A stretch of 59,177 nt of DNA from positions 62,001 through 121,177 of the IMG/VR virus record IMGVR_UViG_3300009419_000009; one strand, given 5' to 3'. Shown here one piece after another: positions 59,001 to 59,177 of the stretch (positions within the stretch are counted from its first letter, which is position 1; each line of letters begins with the position of its first letter). The notes under the pieces are model-generated. The model did not search any database and had not been told where the DNA came from. It saw only the letters and a program-made list of their open reading frames with translations. The DNA is from an uncultured virus (IMG/VR IMGVR_UViG_3300009419_000009) (lineage: Duplodnaviria > Heunggongvirae > Uroviricota > Caudoviricetes). The translations under genes were made by a program, and so were the position numbers.

Positions 59001-59177
59001 CTTCCCTAGCATCTACGACAAGGCCACCGGGACTTATCGTGTGTTGAATAAAAACAATCCAAGAGATTTAGTTTTTATCAATGCCAGCAGTCGCAAAGAC
59101 TGGTTAGAAAATTACACGTATCAAATTCAAAGCATTGCTTTGAATTACGGTGGTACTGGATACACAGTTGCACCACG
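44020..59177 (+). CDS. Giant baseplate/virion protein (gp7-like position), >5,050 aa, 3' end outside the window
   Basis: ATG 44020 (MSIKSINLLPEVFRTEPNRKFL...); same frame reads cleanly at every spot check through 59175 (...YGGTGYTVAP); the ORF track has no stop-terminated ORF in this frame; GSGY repeats and FG-GAP repeats. Confidence 0.9.
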   Translation, partial: MSIKSINLLPEVFRTEPNRKFLAATIDQLISEGDQSVRLDSYIGRKNAPTWKTGDTYVKETNSDRQNYQLETSVIVDGGQGRTDFYSSYLDLLQQIAYYGGITTDHSRLFANQSYTFDGCFDVDKFVNFNNYLWLPNGPPEITITAGNQDIALEYSVVRNLNARGYQFTEYGDNRNPIITLVKGQSYKFLINQTGNPFWIQTAAGVSGTLGPVAEQLNRQILGLSNNGIDSGILEFNVPLGDAQDVQVTAVSAATVDFATTASYSKIQSYLVNQLAKQGGIDGVSQGLNGKTLVFANADVDNELWKDAGNFDFDKFDETPFEYGELVPGEKRRWVFRIRTIDVGNNRQIIKLDPITEVLPGQKVYVKAGQRYSNVELLLNNSGFYETIDPITAPLDTLYYQDNSEPGFFGIIRLVNPGTETINIDNDIIGTENYTSPNQVVLTNGMHIKFDNTATPARYANNNYIVEGVGTAIKLINVGNFTVPEQYAVDSGLATPDYITINRASKDLNAWSRSNRWFHISTIEDAAKYREDPTLLDLSMVQRGKRPIIEFDPNIYLFDYGRTSKSPVDIIDFTITNAFQDVEGQEYYTVRMPNGIVRQLTPGVRVIFAADDDLEVRRRIYRVDFITTSTGNRIHLVSQNTQDLPAYEVAGVTITSNLSYNFIPTVTFAKPLPGIGTRVAQGNVVLKNSGIESIDIAYGGVNFIADPYIKINSDYIDQVQTEINYRTFKQIDYVRIDSAGTGYTTTTPNISISNPNQYWATVTNVSLGTSGLTFEVAAGPLINPPTTGVIQVDGSGNVVATFGNIGLGYYQANVSASISAPTAPAGTVPVVNNVYLYANGAIKSIRLSSYGSGYLTAPTITFTGANTYTASVTTVGRVTTSATLWDFLTPGYQIIANGIIGGTIVSAIDNEANLITINAPAVSANLEAATPLTGVSTVSVGDLWTFKANATAGTFATATATQLASKSVKVNDTSMLDVGMVISGGIDPVLISDIRIDVVPTRIITASNHGFVDKDLVYIRNIVGTVELNFSRYYVKRISENAIDLYASSDLSDASAQDSRNFTDYLSGGQITAYTIDYATTRVTKVLSETEFEVNREISILNGTKLVFGGVPAQSVARSDGNAIYNISITEPGSGYTTVPNVTIESSLGNQAVASAITNDNIINYIRIVDPGTGYTVTSATTADIISEVEVLTSAVSTYGSTTLYFDNADDLLPVQTGWLAFLVSTINGEEILTDFGQEPYAATDTTGPNTNTFQSFMDVSKTTAIVRSVINVDSDQIILSGPINAQDSDGELIDLPAGSRIVFTAQNRFFTTEGVGSSARFNGHTKTGFISVNELVDETVMALDNVNGVQPGMLVGDLAGLLPAGIQVRTVDAYTRRITLNNSVTLPSLTQVTFSDFVQATPAVAPAEISSITITDPGLGYVHAPEIIIQALVPVVELIGACTGSDQLATYLDPITLDPVLYQSGNVIIVDSYDGVVIDSKLTSNYNNQGVGVTTGADRPTVVALVLEQTASAVFEPRIVIDKKQSEFNDIIITFTQAAEGVAQIVQFNNAIDYQDDTPETYDVDDTVVVNIPANQEQTTTNVIAYNQFYFDGIAWSPSQQKQDTNQEPLYDAFDTNGDSAGDTSVYQGTKFIGTRIFGYKLGAGKSDNVLNFPLSYKNFENVGDIEFSNYFQTDSFNFLDGFAETNTPISNFVLKQQTESGNVQLRNIWTPIGTDSKQYQLISHEFNGTTNYFELDVKEEISQEIPYLKVYVNNTRLLETQYTVEQSGARTAVVIPASSLVVGQQITIKVYSKQQSLLGHYQTPVNLDTNPLNSNFESLTLGQIRNHLVTKVDNHYGIVGPALGKNNLRDLYNKNWQGSILQHASPVSLASLFLVDQDLNIIQAVEFAQKEYTKFKNKFIDMTSRLQIDTLDIPGSVDLILKSLMSGKSPASPWYDSDMVPYGNKFRKVTKLPILNIRQRTYLIPSAFDLSTISRQSVLIYIRDSATRQHRQLLNEIDFDFSRETSSIVLNANVDLTYTSELQIVEYSTTVENYIPETPTKLGMYPKYTPRIYVDNTYRQPTLVVEGHDGSITPAFNDYRDLLLLELESRIYNNIKVRYEDTLLEIYDTIPGKYRETDYSRQEWNQLLSRSFLGWIGTNRLDYSANDFFNANDPWTWNYGKFVDRTGEKLPGHWRGVYKYYYDTDRPHTHPWEMLGFSERPSYWNDRYGPAPYTSGNRVLWEDIQSGYIHSGARAGIDKRFARPDLTKIIPVDDTGELLDPLRLGLSSITALETSSPFSIGDNGPVETAWRRSSDYTYAVQLALILARPAFYLGTQFDNSRYRFDSGLGQITDRETRQRLIPRLIKVPESGLKGQEVVLTAGYSNWIRDYLAQQGVDGSAKMRDYFLRMDVRLSYKMGGFTDKKMLEVVAEQSSPGGSGRNIIVPDENYRVYLHKSTPTKRLAYSAVIIEVSDNGWKVSGYNSTTPYFTIIPSQVNNNGYALKELKVGVTVYKDYQLRKLIVPYGYEFNTHQQLSDFLTSYGRYLTSLGFVFDEFNNDLEVVKDWDLSIREFLTWSQQGWKQGSIIVVSPIGGKISVASDYGVVDQVTNKNTGNRLLDQNFSLIRQGNYSVSRDGGLFTASAAFGKMIALADLSLVEYEHVLIFDNQTVFSDVINQPEIGNRQYRLKLTGYKSGEWNGQLNAPGYIYNNDTVNAWQAGKSYNIGSLVEYKNQYFIALQKVPETTTFDFNYWKPIDRNKIKTGLLTNFSNSANRLRQIYDTDQMKRNEDFDNYSTGLIGFRNREFLQDLGIDKTSQVKFYQGYIKQKGTKNAINSLTAGQFDRVTSAITLYEEWALRVGEYGATGSDQYIEVELDEQSFTDDPSTINFLNFGDANAPGAINFTPYTIYRGSEEVYNKNIVKARNDLLPRIGDNVTAGYPRLDDVDGTIYDISNYQNYFGLVDTLGSGYKLWVGVDNDKSWNVYRATETDVLLLSITRTNTSQLLFVFDKPHGTAAKELIVIKNFDDNQFDGFYVVTSVQDNLSALVTGYRNLDTFAQIQTVESSGVYFRMVNVRFDQVSEIIDFTPPHGWRNEDRVWIDNDTSDNYWGVFQKIDGWEFNQLLPLRQGEDRFLEGYGKEVRLSVDNQIILAGTPNYTNGSLSGLKVLDPGANYDSPTVRIGSPTGLNGQQALFSVVKSNGALTKANVLVAGSGYTIAPNVTIIDEWNTVTTAETLNTAEIYLSSGDMSKIYVGDYVSGTGIPFETQVTEIDVPNNLIEVQGPNYSGLVSATSITVATGTISFTTGITATSTPIVAGDGIRAYVSGDLTTYLEGYVESFVGTVLTANIQITAGSGTHSSWLIATSLSVRNNTPIRFYRGAGGRAIASLTPTGVDAIQVIDGGSGFVQTPVVQIIGGGGFGAQATAVLSGNFIEKITVTNPGSGYTEAPSVLLLTNNPTPVNLVARLQLTTVNSIVVTDKGEDYRDPTINISTHSLDTSSSAIGTLAFYGNGGVQSITFASSTDRGTSYGSGTTVTIANSATGSGFVGTVATFANGKVNSITVSVPGSGYETAFAKANIFYAGGSGATGNIGRTIDGISNFTGATVVSYGQGYLAAPTVEVIDQSGAGAGAIVEPIFPTGQVKTFLRPDQGSYTIEETQLIKPFNSDAREFGFSIDIGTILAAIGAPGTYKEQGGVFVSQTLGSQWISYQMIFPGGLSDGDRFGHSVAMSNDQQWIYIGAPGANKVYCYGKKTQTFTRVTLIPVVGQITYGTNLLGLKSANEIKVLGANGKLFEPNFDYTVDNAGGIFFADFDRIASQTAVYITRQRLQTTIIPTVIRNLTTRSYALESTPETIDQLLVYGATGRVFVPNKEFIVVGSNIVFLDDEFLTEPSIVVVQRDLFYQLVDVIEPPDAINSDANFGWAVRCDQGGYRIIVGAPDTDDLDEEDNTIPSAGRTYVFSRSYEVILSLGDKKVFTFDQLRNVASFSIDNTLLTNLVDYTIENNSVILTNFPRNGATITADTNFFNLIQTIPCPTVVNLGRFGASVDIAPDNKSLAVGSPGYRDENYYNGQVYRYVNKGLFYGTVTTDKTFLQTNVELGQTIRINNRLATFTSVVPGTQTNVTAAYGSTGTEISLVSNVGLAIGDRIIGPDIDAGLGLQIVGWGPATPGMFSNIAVNTPVTVTSGDSLQFTRFGDNISKIRRNIESANAVAVETVQNENGTLTIRVSEDSNLRVLDILPGNSGTALDGIGLRIYELTQTIGHPRYGVPEKFGTKVSIDDTGLTVAIASEGGNTLKTSTFDKQTTEFDTDTTRFIDSLNASGAVYLYDYLNPPGETLENPGKLLYNQVLQNAFVLTGDNFGSSIDINRGWALVGAEFSNYHSIKAGAVHMFINEGNVKGWSRLRSRGEEVDIDYINSIMLYDKVKQVNVQDLDYFDPAKGKILGIADQDLDYKSSYDPAAYNRGTRSSVTIATDSYWTSLQEGQTWWDLSLCRYVNYEQGSLNYRTTHWGELFPDSKIQVCEWVSSLVLPSEYASTTGDGEAKYPDNSAYTEQTYYDSSSSLIKTRYYFWVINKQMFDRTKTSRNNSIVTLESLIRDPQAQGIAFAAAIAPNAFNIYNFKQYLKSSDTVFRVDYSRRLGDIISHNEFELIQQGNRNSSIPSKLISKLIDSLSGENSTGAVVPDLRLTDADAYGISDLPRQSMIRNNLDAAKVFVSFVNNVLSSQLVTNRRNFTRLLKEEPIPAAGVGFYDASVDSVDQLLYIPDSELFVGFKVLVTSDSDFYNYWTVYEYSQFVGFRMIRIQSYDTTRWWNYVNWYAPGYDQYLNIDFVVPRYVDVYALSLQAGQTVKVLDSGKGTYTVYEYTTSGNLVEVAVENGTIQLSTGLYDPAQSRIGFDNSAFDQVGFSTTQSVELRNIFEALVNDIFIDENLVELNNLFFTLLNYILSEQIVVDWAIKTSLITILHRIRKLEQFTNYIKDNQDYYEQYINEVKPYRSQIREYLLDYEGLDELNAGVSDFDFPSIYDKATGTYRVLNKNNPRDLVFINASSRKDWLENYTYQIQSIALNYGGTGYTVAP

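Noticed and set aside
1..59177. CRISPR array, tRNA genes, integrase/transposase, stop-codon reassignment
   Set aside because: No regularly spaced repeats, cloverleafs or mobile-element motifs noticed by eye; genes are full length under the standard code with TAA, TAG and TGA all used as stops

Overview
This 59-kb window comes from a large, distantly T4-like myovirus (standard genetic code). It holds most of the virion module plus part of the recombination and late-transcription module. Minus strand 1-23252: putative fibre/decoration genes, major capsid protein (gp23), scaffold, prohead protease (gp21), an acidic core protein, portal (gp20) and a probable tape measure. Plus strand 23310-24400: a gp26/gp51-like pair that appears joined by a -1 frameshift. 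Minus strand 24837-33069: a resolvase-like nuclease, gp46/gp47 interleaved with four radical SAM genes, and the late sigma factor gp55. Plus strand 33142-end: baseplate operon (gp53, hub, gp5, gp25, gp6) ending in a >5,050-codon ORF that the ORF track misses because it has no stop in the window. The most interesting signals are non-coding: (i) a ~430-nt structured minus-strand RNA candidate at 24401-24830; (ii) a ~68-nt sRNA with its own sigma70 promoter and terminator, carrying a 10-nt match to the capsid gene ribosome-binding region; (iii) sigma70 promoters for gp55 and the sRNA that overlap or abut gp55-type late promoters, suggesting an early-to-late switch; (iv) a structured leader on the gene after gp23. 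All calls are from reading motifs by eye; no database search or folding program was run.
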